The notes beneath the pieces are model-generated. The model did no database searches, was not told the origin of the DNA, and saw only the letters and a program-made list of their open reading frames with translations. A stretch of 64,000 nt of DNA from a virus. Position numbers and translations under genes: made by a program. The DNA lies in IMG/VR virus record IMGVR_UViG_3300025084_000006. The stretch is one strand, 5' to 3'. This document shows, piece by piece, positions 28,531 through 39,267 of the stretch. Positions within the stretch are counted from its first letter, which is position 1; every line of letters starts with the position of its first letter.

Positions 28531-28782
28531 TTAGAATGATGTCTTATTTAATTGCTTTAGAGTTTCAGTTGCTTCATCTGCGGTAGATTGAAGTCCTGAT
28601 TGTGTGAGATCAATAACAGGAGCACCCCCATTACCGAACCCATTACCTCTAGTCATGTCTCTCTTGATAGCACGAAGATCACGGAGACGGCGTTTTAAAC
28701 GTCGTAGTTCATCATCATCGTACAAGTGAGGACTTTCGAGAGCAGTCTTCACGTATTTAATCTCTTTTTGTGGTGTCCACAT
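28531..28782 (-). CDS. hypothetical protein
   Basis: ALESPHLYDDDELRRLK...GNGFG. Confidence 0.7.
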   Translation of the reverse strand: MWTPQKEIKYVKTALESPHLYDDDELRRLKRRLRDLRAIKRDMTRGNGFGNGGAPVIDLTQSGLQSTADEATETLKQLNKTSF

Positions 28783-28783
28783 G

Positions 28784-29113
28784 TCAATAACGTTCGGGTA
28801 TTTCGGTATACTTTATTTCACAATCTTTCTTTGCTTTCAAGAACTCATGGCGTCCAAGATCAGAACTGATGTTGTCAATACACTCAGCAAGATTGTCGAT
28901 GTTGTCAATTTCTCTGTAACCACACATCAGCATTTTGAGTTGACGTGCTTTCTCAAGATGTTTTTCATGATACTGCATCCAGTCATCGATGACGCATAGC
29001 ATTTCTTCGTATGCACGTCTTGCATCTACAGCATCATCATTTAGATAATCTGCAATGGCATCATCAAGTCGTAATTTACGACTATGTTCAAAGGAGGGCG
29101 TGGTCTCGGTCAT
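28784..29113 (-). CDS. hypothetical protein
   Basis: 109-aa ORF after a sigma70 promoter. Confidence 0.7.
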   Translation of the reverse strand: MTETTPSFEHSRKLRLDDAIADYLNDDAVDARRAYEEMLCVIDDWMQYHEKHLEKARQLKMLMCGYREIDNIDNLAECIDNISSDLGRHEFLKAKKDCEIKYTEIPERY

Positions 29114-29157
29114 TAGATTGCGTGAGAGGGGTCTATAAGGCGTTGTGAGGCGTCTCC

Positions 29158-29186
29158 AGTATATATCACGTGGTTTGGTTTGTCAA
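29158..29186 (-). promoter_or_regulatory. sigma70-like early promoter
   Basis: TTGACA-17 nt-TATACT. Confidence 0.85.
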
Positions 29187-30424
29187 GCGACTACAGACGT
29201 GGCAGGGAGACCTTCTACGAAAATGGTGTTGACGATGTGCTGAAGACGTTTGATTGTCTTGGCACCATAGTTCTTGAATACAGGCACTGTCACATAACCA
29301 GTGGATTTACGATAGAGTCCAACAGCACCAGCAGGGATCTTGCCGTTAGCAATATCAGCAGCATCATCCTTGTTCATACGGATAACACGACCGATGGTCT
29401 GTGCCATCTCAATGATGTCAAGATTGCGAAGCATGATAGTATTGGTAAGACCATGCACATTGATGCCTTCAGACAGAATGCTGTAGTGAAAGATGACAAA
29501 CTTCTTGCTTGGATCTTTGCCCCAAGCATCAAATGTGTTGAAGAACTCTTGACGATTGACTTTAGTCTTGTTTACATAAGCACCATACTTGCTGGTGATG
29601 TGGAGGACATTGTAACCACGTTCCTTGAGATCGTGGAGAATGCTGGTCTTGAATAGTAGAGCACCCATGATCTTGCTGGCAGGTGCTGCTACAAGGATCT
29701 TGCTTGCCTTGTCAGCAGGCAGAGAGTCCACGATGTCTAGAAGCATGGTACGATCGCCTACAGAGGCATCAGCACCCTTCTCACGAATGATATCCATTTC
29801 ATAAGGTACTACAGTTGGAGCAAGGATGCTACCACTTGCGATCAGTTCGGGAGCTGGCACATTGCACAACACATATCCAAAGACTTCGGTATTATTCATA
29901 CCACGTTCAGTCTTACGAGTATGCTTGGGTGTTGCAGTAAAGAAGTATGATGCTTTGCTACTCAGACTAGCAGCAGCAACACCAACAAAATGGTTGCGCT
30001 GAACTGCATTGTGTGCTTCATCAAAGTAGCAGCAATCGATGTCGATACCAGAATCAATGATACGTCCGAGTGAGTGATATGTGGTGAAGATGATTACATG
30101 CTCACCAACATGGTGACACATGCGAGTGAATAGGTTGATACGATCAGACTTAGTAGTACTGAAGTGTTTTGTCTCTCCACTATGAACATGAAGAACATTA
30201 GCATTGGTGATGCATTCAAGATATTCCGCACTCAGTTGCGTTGCAAGCATGATACGAGGAGCAACAACAACAATAGTTTGCGGAGTCTTTGCGGAACTAA
30301 GACGCTTTACAGCATCCATGATAGCAATGAGAGTCTTGCCACCACCAGTAGGCACAATGATTTGACCTTTGTCATCCATGTCCATCGCGTCGAGAGCACG
30401 TTGCTGATGGGGACGGAGTTGCAT
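29183..30424 (-). CDS. superfamily 2 (DEAH/ResIII-like) helicase
   Basis: LRPHQ, PTGGGKT (Walker A), DEAH, TATP, LSEGI, QTIGRVIR. Confidence 0.92.
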   Translation of the reverse strand: MQLRPHQQRALDAMDMDDKGQIIVPTGGGKTLIAIMDAVKRLSSAKTPQTIVVVAPRIMLATQLSAEYLECITNANVLHVHSGETKHFSTTKSDRINLFTRMCHHVGEHVIIFTTYHSLGRIIDSGIDIDCCYFDEAHNAVQRNHFVGVAAASLSSKASYFFTATPKHTRKTERGMNNTEVFGYVLCNVPAPELIASGSILAPTVVPYEMDIIREKGADASVGDRTMLLDIVDSLPADKASKILVAAPASKIMGALLFKTSILHDLKERGYNVLHITSKYGAYVNKTKVNRQEFFNTFDAWGKDPSKKFVIFHYSILSEGINVHGLTNTIMLRNLDIIEMAQTIGRVIRMNKDDAADIANGKIPAGAVGLYRKSTGYVTVPVFKNYGAKTIKRLQHIVNTIFVEGLPATSVVA

Positions 30425-30450
30425 CGGGTCTGTCTTGCGTTGATGCCATT

Positions 30451-30506
30451 ATTATAGCAGATCAACGCACCCTTGTCTAGTCAGTGGACACTACAGCAAC
30501 TGGTCA
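30451..30506 (-). promoter_or_regulatory. early promoter with upstream palindrome (start of the early region)
   Basis: TGACCAGT-N6-AGTGTCCAC, then TAGACA-17-TATAAT. Confidence 0.8.
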
Positions 30507-31379
30507 TGGTCTCCATGAGACAAAATCTTTTGCTTCTCTCTTATATACTAGTATATCAATGAGGTTGTAATCGCCATCAAATTCAAATGAGAAGTCAATT
30601 TCTTGCTCATCATGATCAAACAGAGATTTACACCACGCAGCATCTTCATCATTCATCATAGCATAACGTGACACCATAAGATCGATCCATAGATCTCTGC
30701 TTTGAATCTTAGTCCACTTCTTCTTACTATGCTTAAACTCTAGGATTCTATCACCAGTTGGATCTTTGGGTAGTGTATATGGTCTTGTAGTGTATCCACG
30801 ATGAGTATGAACAATCAATCCACTATCACCTTTAGTGTGCTCAAATGTGACCTTACATGATATTCTATCCGCCAAACTCTTCATGAATACACCGAGTTGT
30901 GTATCCTTATGTGCTGGATCTAAGACTCTTGGTGATGTGTTCAACCCAGTAATATTACCATCTACATCCATATGCATTTCACTGATACCAACATTGATAG
31001 GACCAGGAATATCAAACAGAGCAACAATTTTCTCTCTAATATCACGATTCAGGTCTAATACAGCAACTGCATTCTCCCACTCGCTGGGATCAACAATGGA
31101 TGATATCAATACACCACATGTAGCAGAGATCTTCTCAATAGTATCGTTATAACATATATCAATGTACTTTGTCATACTATTTGATACTTCTAATCCTTTA
31201 GAAATATAGTCAAAGTTCAATACATCAATAAGTTGACTCTTAGCAGAATCAGTAAATATTTCATCATAAGAATCTGAAGCAATTGATGTACATACTGCCC
31301 ACATTGATGCAGTTGTATATTGAATTTCTTTAGTACTAAGTCTATAAACCTTAGATACGTCTAGTTCTTCTGAAAACAT
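30504..31379 (-). CDS. hypothetical protein
   Basis: 291-aa ORF ending the tail-fibre operon. Confidence 0.7.
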   Translation of the reverse strand: MFSEELDVSKVYRLSTKEIQYTTASMWAVCTSIASDSYDEIFTDSAKSQLIDVLNFDYISKGLEVSNSMTKYIDICYNDTIEKISATCGVLISSIVDPSEWENAVAVLDLNRDIREKIVALFDIPGPINVGISEMHMDVDGNITGLNTSPRVLDPAHKDTQLGVFMKSLADRISCKVTFEHTKGDSGLIVHTHRGYTTRPYTLPKDPTGDRILEFKHSKKKWTKIQSRDLWIDLMVSRYAMMNDEDAAWCKSLFDHDEQEIDFSFEFDGDYNLIDILVYKREAKDFVSWRP

Positions 31380-31732
31380 TATTCGTTATCCGCCAGCAAC
31401 TGACCTTGAGGATTATACACCGCATAGAAAATGTAATCTTCTGGTCTAGAACATGCTTCCTGACTTGATGGGAAGAGATCTTCACAATATTCTAATGCTT
31501 CTTCTGTATTATCACATACAATGAACACATATTCAGACTGATCTAAACCTGTCCACACATCAAGTTCCATTCTTGTTTTGTACAAGTTTCTCGATGCATT
31601 GATTGCATCTACATCACTACTACTATTCCACCCAGTAGAACGCAGAAAGATAATAGTCTTCTCTTGCATCTTTGCAGACGCACCGATGAAGTCTTGTAGA
31701 TAATCAATAGTATAGTTTGCGTGTAGCTCCAT
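31379..31732 (-). CDS. hypothetical protein
   Basis: 117-aa ORF, coupled. Confidence 0.7.
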   Translation of the reverse strand: MELHANYTIDYLQDFIGASAKMQEKTIIFLRSTGWNSSSDVDAINASRNLYKTRMELDVWTGLDQSEYVFIVCDNTEEALEYCEDLFPSSQEACSRPEDYIFYAVYNPQGQLLADNE

Positions 31733-32219
31733 TTAACTTCCAGGCGATAGTGACTCTCAATGAATTGAATACCCTAGAGACTTCTTCGGCATGATGTTTT
31801 CTCATACCAGGGAAGAATATTCCTCTATTAGGTGCTGGTTCAACGTATGACCATGTGTTGTCTTCGTTTAGAAAAGCAGTTTTGCCTCCCCAGAGATGAT
31901 CCCAATTACTATTTGCATAGAGTAGGAATGTTCTGCAGTCTTCATAATCTCCATCTGTATGAGGCATTGCCTTGTCACCATATACGTGTCCATTTGCATA
32001 AACACGTTCTAGTTCTAGATGAGGTTCGTCTACAGTTTCTCTAATGATATTTAGTAAATAATCTGAAAAGAACTCATCATCAGTCAATTCCATCTGCCAA
32101 AAGGGCAATCCAGATGATCCTCTTAAAGAACCATGACCATACGCCCATTTTGGTTGAGTTACCTTCTCTAGTACTTCTGCAAAATCAAGATTGGTTAACG
32201 TTTGGTCGTAGATCTCCAT
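31704..32219 (-). CDS. 2OG-Fe(II) oxygenase (prolyl-hydroxylase-like)
   Basis: PHTD, WGGKT, PNRGIFF...HHA...RVTIAWK. Confidence 0.88.
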   Translation of the reverse strand: MEIYDQTLTNLDFAEVLEKVTQPKWAYGHGSLRGSSGLPFWQMELTDDEFFSDYLLNIIRETVDEPHLELERVYANGHVYGDKAMPHTDGDYEDCRTFLLYANSNWDHLWGGKTAFLNEDNTWSYVEPAPNRGIFFPGMRKHHAEEVSRVFNSLRVTIAWKLNGATRKLYY

Positions 32220-32880
32220 ATTCTCTAATAAAGTTAGCTCTAATTTGTTCAAATGGCAAGAATGTGTCTACTGGTGCATCAGGACATGCCTTCATTGCTG
32301 CTAAAGTTGCTGTAGATTGTGCGATTAATTGATAACGCAAGAAAGTTTCATCAATAATACTAGTTGCCCACAAAATAACAACACGACGTTTGCCACTTGT
32401 AACAGGATTAACATGATGTATCAACCCAGTTGGGTATACTAATGCATTACCTGCTTTTGGTTTAAAGGGTACAGATTGATCTCCTACTGATAGCATAAGT
32501 TCCCCGCCTTCATATTCGTCAGGTTCGGTAAGAAATATGCTAATACTATGATGTGTCTTGATACCAGAAATAGTGACATCATCAATATGCTTATTGTAAA
32601 ACCCACCAGTTCTATACTCTGCAAAAATAGGAACAGTGAGTTCTTTGAAGATATACACTGATGTGAATTCTTCATTATTTCTCATTGCTGTTTGAACAAC
32701 ATCCAAACACTTTCTGAACTGAGGGGAAGTTTGTTGTATGATGTGGTTGTCCTTTACATCAGGATTAACCTGATGTTTGCCATCTCTCTTTACTAATCCT
32801 GGTTTGGTTGGTGCATCATCAAAATAACTATTGATTCTTGATAGTTCTTTACTATCAAGAAGTTCACTTTCATAAATCAT
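32185..32880 (-). CDS. PKHD/PiuC-type 2OG-Fe(II) hydroxylase
   Basis: GGFYNKHIDD, FLTEPDEYEGGEL, YPTGLIHHVNPVTSGKR. Confidence 0.9.
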   Translation of the reverse strand: MIYESELLDSKELSRINSYFDDAPTKPGLVKRDGKHQVNPDVKDNHIIQQTSPQFRKCLDVVQTAMRNNEEFTSVYIFKELTVPIFAEYRTGGFYNKHIDDVTISGIKTHHSISIFLTEPDEYEGGELMLSVGDQSVPFKPKAGNALVYPTGLIHHVNPVTSGKRRVVILWATSIIDETFLRYQLIAQSTATLAAMKACPDAPVDTFLPFEQIRANFIREYGDLRPNVNQS

Positions 32881-32881
32881 A

Positions 32882-33826
32882 TCAATCCTCTTCTTCCTCT
32901 TCTTTGAATAGTTCGTAGTCGAAATCAGGATAGATTTCTGTTACCTTCATTTCTTTAATAATATCAAGAATTTCTTTCTTGATAAGTTTTGTTGATGTAA
33001 CTCTAGATCTAGCATAGATCAGTTGACTTAGCATTCTGCTGTCAAGGAAATCGGATGATGCATCATCATCGTAATTTGTCCACTGAGAAGCATCATCAGC
33101 ATCCATGAATGCAGGTGCATCAGTTACACCATCTTCCAATTTACCATCTGGATATAGTTTGAGATAGTTCTTAGGATCAATAGGGAACACCTGTTGATAC
33201 AATGATTTAGCAAAATCTAATGGTGATGGGAAATCTTTTGGATTGGGGATACCAATAGATCTAATTTTTGCTCTCCAGTCCATCCAACGTTGCTTTTCAC
33301 CCTCATAACTATCCTCAACGTCAGGCAATACATGCCAATCAGACGCACTAAGCATCATTCTTTTTTCTCTAAGTCTCTTCAACCATTTTGCATCAAAGAA
33401 TGAATATTCTTTTTCAACACCATCAAGTTTCTTTAATGTAGCAGCAGTTTTAACACCAGCAGCAGCAATAAACAATGCCAAAGCAGTATTGTAAACTGCT
33501 TTTGCTTGTTCTACTGTGCCACCTTTAAACTGATATTCATTCCAATAACTAGATTCAGAAGCAAAATCATACTTCTGTCTGTTTCTCTGTGCATAAAAGG
33601 TATCATCACTATTGTAAGCAAAGAATAGCAATAGATCTTCATCAGTATGCCAAAAAGAATCAATTTGTTCGTAGAACTTTGCCTTCAATTCGTCACTGAA
33701 TTTAGTGCGAGTCATCGCAGCATCTACATTGATATCTACTTGATCAATCGGTGCAGTTAGAATGGTATTATTAACCAAATCTACTTGAAGGATTGGTCTT
33801 TTGATTTTTGGTGTTGTTGAGGTCAT
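32882..33826 (-). CDS. tail fibre assembly chaperone-like protein
   Basis: REKRMMLSASDWHVLPD...WMDWRAKIRSI motif; downstream of fibre genes. Confidence 0.7.
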   Translation of the reverse strand: MTSTTPKIKRPILQVDLVNNTILTAPIDQVDINVDAAMTRTKFSDELKAKFYEQIDSFWHTDEDLLLFFAYNSDDTFYAQRNRQKYDFASESSYWNEYQFKGGTVEQAKAVYNTALALFIAAAGVKTAATLKKLDGVEKEYSFFDAKWLKRLREKRMMLSASDWHVLPDVEDSYEGEKQRWMDWRAKIRSIGIPNPKDFPSPLDFAKSLYQQVFPIDPKNYLKLYPDGKLEDGVTDAPAFMDADDASQWTNYDDDASSDFLDSRMLSQLIYARSRVTSTKLIKKEILDIIKEMKVTEIYPDFDYELFKEEEEED

Positions 33827-34542
33827 GCTAGGTGCGTTTTAATATACCATCCTGTCAAAAGATATTTATCATCTTTAAGAAGGGTATTTCCTTTATGGAC
33901 ATGTGTCATGCCAGCAGGGAAGAATACAACTGTGCCTTTTGTTGGTCTAATTCTTCTACCTTGATACAAAAACTCAGTCTCACCACCTGCCTCTGGATCT
34001 ACATCATTGAGATAAATCATCCACACAACTTCTCTTTGTGCATGTGATGCAGCAGAGTTTTCATAATGCCATTGATGATATCCACCTTGAGGTAGTGTCT
34101 TCTGCATTTTAATATCACTTGAAAGCATAGGAACATTTTTTAATTGTCCGTACTCACTGATATAATGCTTGAGACAAGACTTCAGAAACTGATTAACTTG
34201 GTAACTTAGTCCATCATTGCAATAATTTGCTAGAAGTGAAAGATCTTTTCTATACAAATTACTACCATATTGGATGTGACCATCCATTTTAAATTCATCT
34301 ACATATTCGGTATCAGTTTTTGATCCAAAATCTCTTTCTAGTTCCTCAAAATCAACACCTGAACTATTGCCATTCATCACATGCTCAAACCATGCAATAC
34401 ATTTATCACAAAATGGTTCAGGTACAAAATTGTCCCAAACTCCAATAAAGTCATCAAAGGATGCTTTTGTAATCTGCTCATTCATCATTAATTCTAAAGG
34501 TCTCCATTCTTGGACCTTCTTGGATAATGTATTAGATACCAT
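33823..34542 (-). CDS. 2OG-Fe(II) oxygenase
   Basis: GGYHQWHYE, WMIYLNDV, GGETEF, THVHKGN, KYLLTGW. Confidence 0.9.
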   Translation of the reverse strand: MVSNTLSKKVQEWRPLELMMNEQITKASFDDFIGVWDNFVPEPFCDKCIAWFEHVMNGNSSGVDFEELERDFGSKTDTEYVDEFKMDGHIQYGSNLYRKDLSLLANYCNDGLSYQVNQFLKSCLKHYISEYGQLKNVPMLSSDIKMQKTLPQGGYHQWHYENSAASHAQREVVWMIYLNDVDPEAGGETEFLYQGRRIRPTKGTVVFFPAGMTHVHKGNTLLKDDKYLLTGWYIKTHLA

Positions 34543-34552
34543 TATTTAAAAC

Positions 34553-37500
34553 TCAGTATGCCTTTATTATATATTTGATTTTATGGAAGGGTGCTAGGAT
34601 AGGAACCTTCCTTTGTGGATTCATTTTTGCTTGAGGAATTGGTTTGGTTGAGTTATTCCAACTAAACGTTGCTGGATTAAGTTCAATTTGAACGTCGCTT
34701 TGACTAAATTGTAAGTCAAATGTGGAATTAAACGTAGCAAGACCAGATCTATATGCAACTGCATCGCCATTTACATTACCATAAGTATAATCATTTTGTG
34801 GATCTAATACAGGATCAGTACCCAACAAGTGTGCGTGAGTCAATGTTCCTGTGTAGATGGATAGATAGTTTTTAATTCTTGCTCTTCCTTCAGTTGTATC
34901 AATGACACCAGCATCTTGAGTGAATGCACCAATAGCAGCAAATCTATCAGGTGAGAATGAACCACCCTTACCATCACTATTTGCTTCAGACTGCAGATCA
35001 CCAGCAGGAGTTCCCCAATAGTTACCGAAAGCAACTGTTGTACTACCAGATCCAGGCAATACATCTTCTAAAGAACCACGACCTGCTCTACTAAATTCTC
35101 TGTCTGCATCAGCATAGTTCCAGAAATTTGCATCTTCCCAGTAACCATCATCAACTGCGTCATCCTTACTATCATTTTGACCACTCCAACTTTGTGATCC
35201 CTCACTCGCAGTACGTAGATATGCGTAAATATTCCATGGAATAACAGGATCACCATCAGGATCTTCTGGTTGACCAGTAATAAATTGGTGTTCATGTTGT
35301 GGTGGACGAACAGAAACACTAGTCACAGGACCAACATTAGCATTAACATTACCTGTAACAGTAAAGTCAACTTCAGTAGTTACTAATTCTGTACCAAATG
35401 TTCTTGGTGTTCCTAATGTATAGAACGAAGATTCTGTTCCACTAGTCTGTCCAGCTGGTGCAATAACCTGTTCTAAGGGATCAGGGGCAGCAGAAACATC
35501 TACATCATCAAAATACCACCAACCACCAGTAGAACCAGGAAGTTCTGCACTACCACCAGCAGAAGTAACAGGAACAGATGGAGATGATCCTTTATTAAAG
35601 TCTACTCTACCAGGTCCTACCATTCTAACATTACGATAGTCGGGTAAGTTGAAATTACCAGAGTATGTTTTTGATGCACTAATATAGGTTGCATTTCCGC
35701 CATAGGTGTTACCAATTGATTCCCATAACCAAGGATACTCTGCTGCTGCTACTGAAGTTCCATCACATTCAAGGAATCCAGGGAATCTAATGTCGATATC
35801 ACCATAACCAAAGTTACCATCATCAGCAATAGTTTCTCTAGGTACAGGTAATACAGTACCAATAGCATAACCATCAAGCTTGGGTTGTCTATAAAAACTC
35901 TTGGCATTTGCAGGATCTGAATTAGATACTGCTTCCCATGCTTCTTCAGCAAAGAATGCATTCTTCTCGGAATACCAAACACCAAGATATGATGGAGGAA
36001 CTGGTTTTACTGCATAGTTTACAGATCTAAGTGTAAATGGCGCTGCAGTTCCAAAACTAATATCTGCTACACCATAATGAGATAGTCCTACAACTGGATC
36101 TAAATTAGCATTACCTGGTTGTTGGTAAATAATCGTTACAAATACTGGATTATTACCAGGATCAGGACTCAATGTACGAGGTCCAGGTGCTGGTGTGTCC
36201 CCATTAAGAGAGAACAATACGTTACCGATGTTTTCGCCTGTAGCAAAATTAAACTCATTATAGGCAACTAGACTGGATGCTGATATTGTAATCGGTAAGT
36301 TGAAATTTGTCAAGCCTATAGGTCCGATCACACTCGCTCCACCAGGAGTCCTATTTAAAACTTGATTGATTGGAGTAAAAGATGGACTAGTATCAGGACC
36401 AGTCCAATTAGTAATAGACCATGTTGGGACAAATCTATCACCAACATTAATACCCATTTTTGTTGATCCTTGACCAGGAAGCAAGGGATTACTAATATCA
36501 TTACTACCATCAAGAACTAATTCAATAATATCACCATTTTGAACTTGAATGTTACTAATAATACCAGATGATCCACCATTAACACTAATTCTCGGATTTG
36601 CTGTAGATGTAGTGTCACCACTCCTCAAAGAAACAGGAACAAATATACCAGGAGTTAGACCAGCAATTAATGCTTTGCCACTAGATGCCGATCCAGATTG
36701 AACAGTTGATCTATAATTAACATTACCAGGAATCTGTTCGACGAGATTTTGGAAGACAAAACTATCAGGATTTTCATCAAGACCAGCACCTGTCGTCACT
36801 ATCCATCCAGAAATACCATTTCCATCACCAATAGTTACACTAAAATTCTTTGGCGAGAACTCACTTCCAGAACTAGTTCCTCTTAATTGAACATATTGAC
36901 CATTCTGAACTGTTTTATTATTGCCCCATGTACCAATAATATTAGATAAAACTTCAAAACCATCAGCATTTGTAAATGTTGTATTGAAATTAGAGACAGC
37001 AATTTCAGCACCATTATCAACAGTCATAAGTGCTTGAGTTGTCAACCCTAAAATCTGAGGTCTGTCGCTATAGACAAGAGCATTCAACTCTTGGTTATTT
37101 AAACTACCGAAATTAGGTGCAGGATTTGGAGTGTTGATAGGAATAGCACCTGTAGTGATTTCCCATTCAGCAGAACCAGTACCAACAACAACGTTAACAT
37201 TTTTGGTATCAGATGGTGCCGAAGAAGCTCTTAGTCTAACTTGAATTCTGTCAAGGTTAGAAATAGTCTGGTTAATTGCTCTTGTCCATGGACCCCAAGC
37301 ACCATATGAACTAGTTGCTGTGAGATATTGATTAACACGATAAGCGTAGTCATTAGGATCTAATACGTTAGATGTGACTGATAATGGTGCTTCAGTTCCA
37401 GGATCTAAACCAGTAATAGTAATAACTTCTTCACCACTACGAAGAGGATCTGGTTCTCCAGGAGTTAATCCAGTATATGCAACGCCATCATCAGGAAACG

Positions 37501-37735
37501 CAGTTTGTGCATATGTATACATGACATCACTTTCTGCTTCATCTATATTCTGTAGAAAGAATGGATCTGGAGCAAAATCTTCTAACTTGGTTTCAATAAC
37601 CCAAGTAATAGTGAGCTCACCAATATCAATAGTTACATTAGTAACTTCCGAGTAACTAGGAGGTGCCTCATACCTAAACTGGATGGACTGACCTTCCTCA
37701 ACATATAGTGGGGTAGCACTAAACTGATACGCCAT
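34553..37735 (-). CDS. tail fibre protein with tail-collar domain
   Basis: GYAIGTVL...GFLECDG...YPWLWESIGNTYGG...FNLPDYR; HxH motifs; C-terminal KYIIKAY. Confidence 0.85.
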   Translation of the reverse strand: MAYQFSATPLYVEEGQSIQFRYEAPPSYSEVTNVTIDIGELTITWVIETKLEDFAPDPFFLQNIDEAESDVMYTYAQTAFPDDGVAYTGLTPGEPDPLRSGEEVITITGLDPGTEAPLSVTSNVLDPNDYAYRVNQYLTATSSYGAWGPWTRAINQTISNLDRIQVRLRASSAPSDTKNVNVVVGTGSAEWEITTGAIPINTPNPAPNFGSLNNQELNALVYSDRPQILGLTTQALMTVDNGAEIAVSNFNTTFTNADGFEVLSNIIGTWGNNKTVQNGQYVQLRGTSSGSEFSPKNFSVTIGDGNGISGWIVTTGAGLDENPDSFVFQNLVEQIPGNVNYRSTVQSGSASSGKALIAGLTPGIFVPVSLRSGDTTSTANPRISVNGGSSGIISNIQVQNGDIIELVLDGSNDISNPLLPGQGSTKMGINVGDRFVPTWSITNWTGPDTSPSFTPINQVLNRTPGGASVIGPIGLTNFNLPITISASSLVAYNEFNFATGENIGNVLFSLNGDTPAPGPRTLSPDPGNNPVFVTIIYQQPGNANLDPVVGLSHYGVADISFGTAAPFTLRSVNYAVKPVPPSYLGVWYSEKNAFFAEEAWEAVSNSDPANAKSFYRQPKLDGYAIGTVLPVPRETIADDGNFGYGDIDIRFPGFLECDGTSVAAAEYPWLWESIGNTYGGNATYISASKTYSGNFNLPDYRNVRMVGPGRVDFNKGSSPSVPVTSAGGSAELPGSTGGWWYFDDVDVSAAPDPLEQVIAPAGQTSGTESSFYTLGTPRTFGTELVTTEVDFTVTGNVNANVGPVTSVSVRPPQHEHQFITGQPEDPDGDPVIPWNIYAYLRTASEGSQSWSGQNDSKDDAVDDGYWEDANFWNYADADREFSRAGRGSLEDVLPGSGSTTVAFGNYWGTPAGDLQSEANSDGKGGSFSPDRFAAIGAFTQDAGVIDTTEGRARIKNYLSIYTGTLTHAHLLGTDPVLDPQNDYTYGNVNGDAVAYRSGLATFNSTFDLQFSQSDVQIELNPATFSWNNSTKPIPQAKMNPQRKVPILAPFHKIKYIIKAY

Positions 37736-37761
37736 GCGAACTTATACTTTATCCCGTATTG

Positions 37762-37768
37762 TATTTAG
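37762..37768 (-). promoter_or_regulatory. late promoter variant (CTAAATA)
   Basis: About 27 nt upstream of the start at 37735. Confidence 0.5.
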
Positions 37769-39267
37769 GGTGATTGTCTGACATCATTCCAATTTGCTTC
37801 AATTAGAGGATCAGCATCGTCAAATTTAACTTTAATTGGTTTGTTCGATCTAATTTCTACAGCAACATCAATATCATCAACAATAATAGGGTCACTCAGT
37901 ACTGACTCTTGATCAGGTGCCAATACATTATCTGTTGGAACTTGATTTAGACTAGGGTCAATAGTAATAGAGTCAGGTAGTTCATCAATACTGACATCTA
38001 TAGAGTTCGATACGTTGGTAGTACCACCGCCACCAGAAGCAGCTAAAGAAATTTCTATACCAAATACACCTTGTACTGTCCAAGGAATACTTAAATTAAC
38101 GGTACCTGTAATGGCACTACCACTTTGATCAGATGTTGTTCCAGGTAAACTAATATTTTGTGAAACAGTAATAAAACTACCAGTAGTAGGATTTCTAACA
38201 CTATAAACTGCTGTACCATTGACTCCACCTGTTGCATACCTATATGTCACTACAAACCCTACGCTTGCTCCATAATCTATATTAGTTGGAACATTATAAC
38301 TAATTTCTGGTAGTTGATTTACTACGATAGTCACAGAATCACTATCACTACCACCAGGTCCGCTGGCAGATAAAGTATATGTGGTTGTACTAGATGGAGA
38401 TACAGATTTATTGCTACTAAACAATACAGCACCAATACCTTGATTAATAGTAGCAGGAGTATTAGCAGAACCTGATACTACCCAAGTTAGAGTTGTTGAT
38501 TGTCCAACAATAATAGGGTTTGAAGATACACCTGTAAATTGAGCAACTACTGGTTGATATACAGTTATAGTTACATCAGTAGTTCTGCTGGTGATACCAT
38601 AATAACTCGAAACTAACGTATAAGTTGTACTATTAGTAGGAGATTTTGTTAAAGACCCACTAGACGCAACACTACCAGAACCTGTCAAAGTTTGTGATGT
38701 AGAACCACTGACAGACCATGCTAGAGTAGCATTCGCACCCGCAATTATAACATTAGGAGTTATAGTAAGAGTATTAGATGGTGTGGGATATACACAAGTT
38801 CCATTATTAACATCTGCGTTTGGATTATAGTTTGAAGCACGGGAATCTGTACATCCATAAACAAGTGGTGGTGGAAGAAATCCTTGCCACTTAATTGCGA
38901 TGCCCCAAGGTCCACCACCACTATTATTAGCATTAGCACTAAGAGTATATGTGCCTGGTCCATAATAATTTGTGGTAGTGACTAAACTTCCAATGTCTGG
39001 ACTAGAATTTGGATTTCCAAATCCACCCATTCCCATTTCATAGTTGCCATTAATATAAATCCCTCCATTATCATCACAATTAGCATAGAATCGTTGTCTA
39101 CCATAATTATTAAAAGTGATAGTCCATGAATATGTCCTATTAGGACCAGGAGTACCACTGGCATCCCTACCCCCAACATTCCATTTGTTCATGAACTGAG
39201 ACCAATTCGGCTCATAAAATTTAGGACCGCCGTTGGATCTACTACTAAAATTAAAATCTTGTGTCAT
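37765..39267 (-). CDS. putative fibre-tip/adhesin paralog 3 (PA14/lectin-like N-terminus, Ig/PKD-like repeats)
   Basis: NCDDNGGIYING, YGCTDSRASNYNP, TLxW..TYTL repeats, shared C-terminal module. Confidence 0.7.
   Translation of the reverse strand: MTQDFNFSSRSNGGPKFYEPNWSQFMNKWNVGGRDASGTPGPNRTYSWTITFNNYGRQRFYANCDDNGGIYINGNYEMGMGGFGNPNSSPDIGSLVTTTNYYGPGTYTLSANANNSGGGPWGIAIKWQGFLPPPLVYGCTDSRASNYNPNADVNNGTCVYPTPSNTLTITPNVIIAGANATLAWSVSGSTSQTLTGSGSVASSGSLTKSPTNSTTYTLVSSYYGITSRTTDVTITVYQPVVAQFTGVSSNPIIVGQSTTLTWVVSGSANTPATINQGIGAVLFSSNKSVSPSSTTTYTLSASGPGGSDSDSVTIVVNQLPEISYNVPTNIDYGASVGFVVTYRYATGGVNGTAVYSVRNPTTGSFITVSQNISLPGTTSDQSGSAITGTVNLSIPWTVQGVFGIEISLAASGGGGTTNVSNSIDVSIDELPDSITIDPSLNQVPTDNVLAPDQESVLSDPIIVDDIDVAVEIRSNKPIKVKFDDADPLIEANWNDVRQSP

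Noticed and set aside
29183-30424. Helicase as the Res subunit of a type III R-M system with the MTase
   Set aside because: No nuclease domain is visible, it is separated from the MTase by other genes and a terminator, and the MTase is Dam-like rather than Mod-like.
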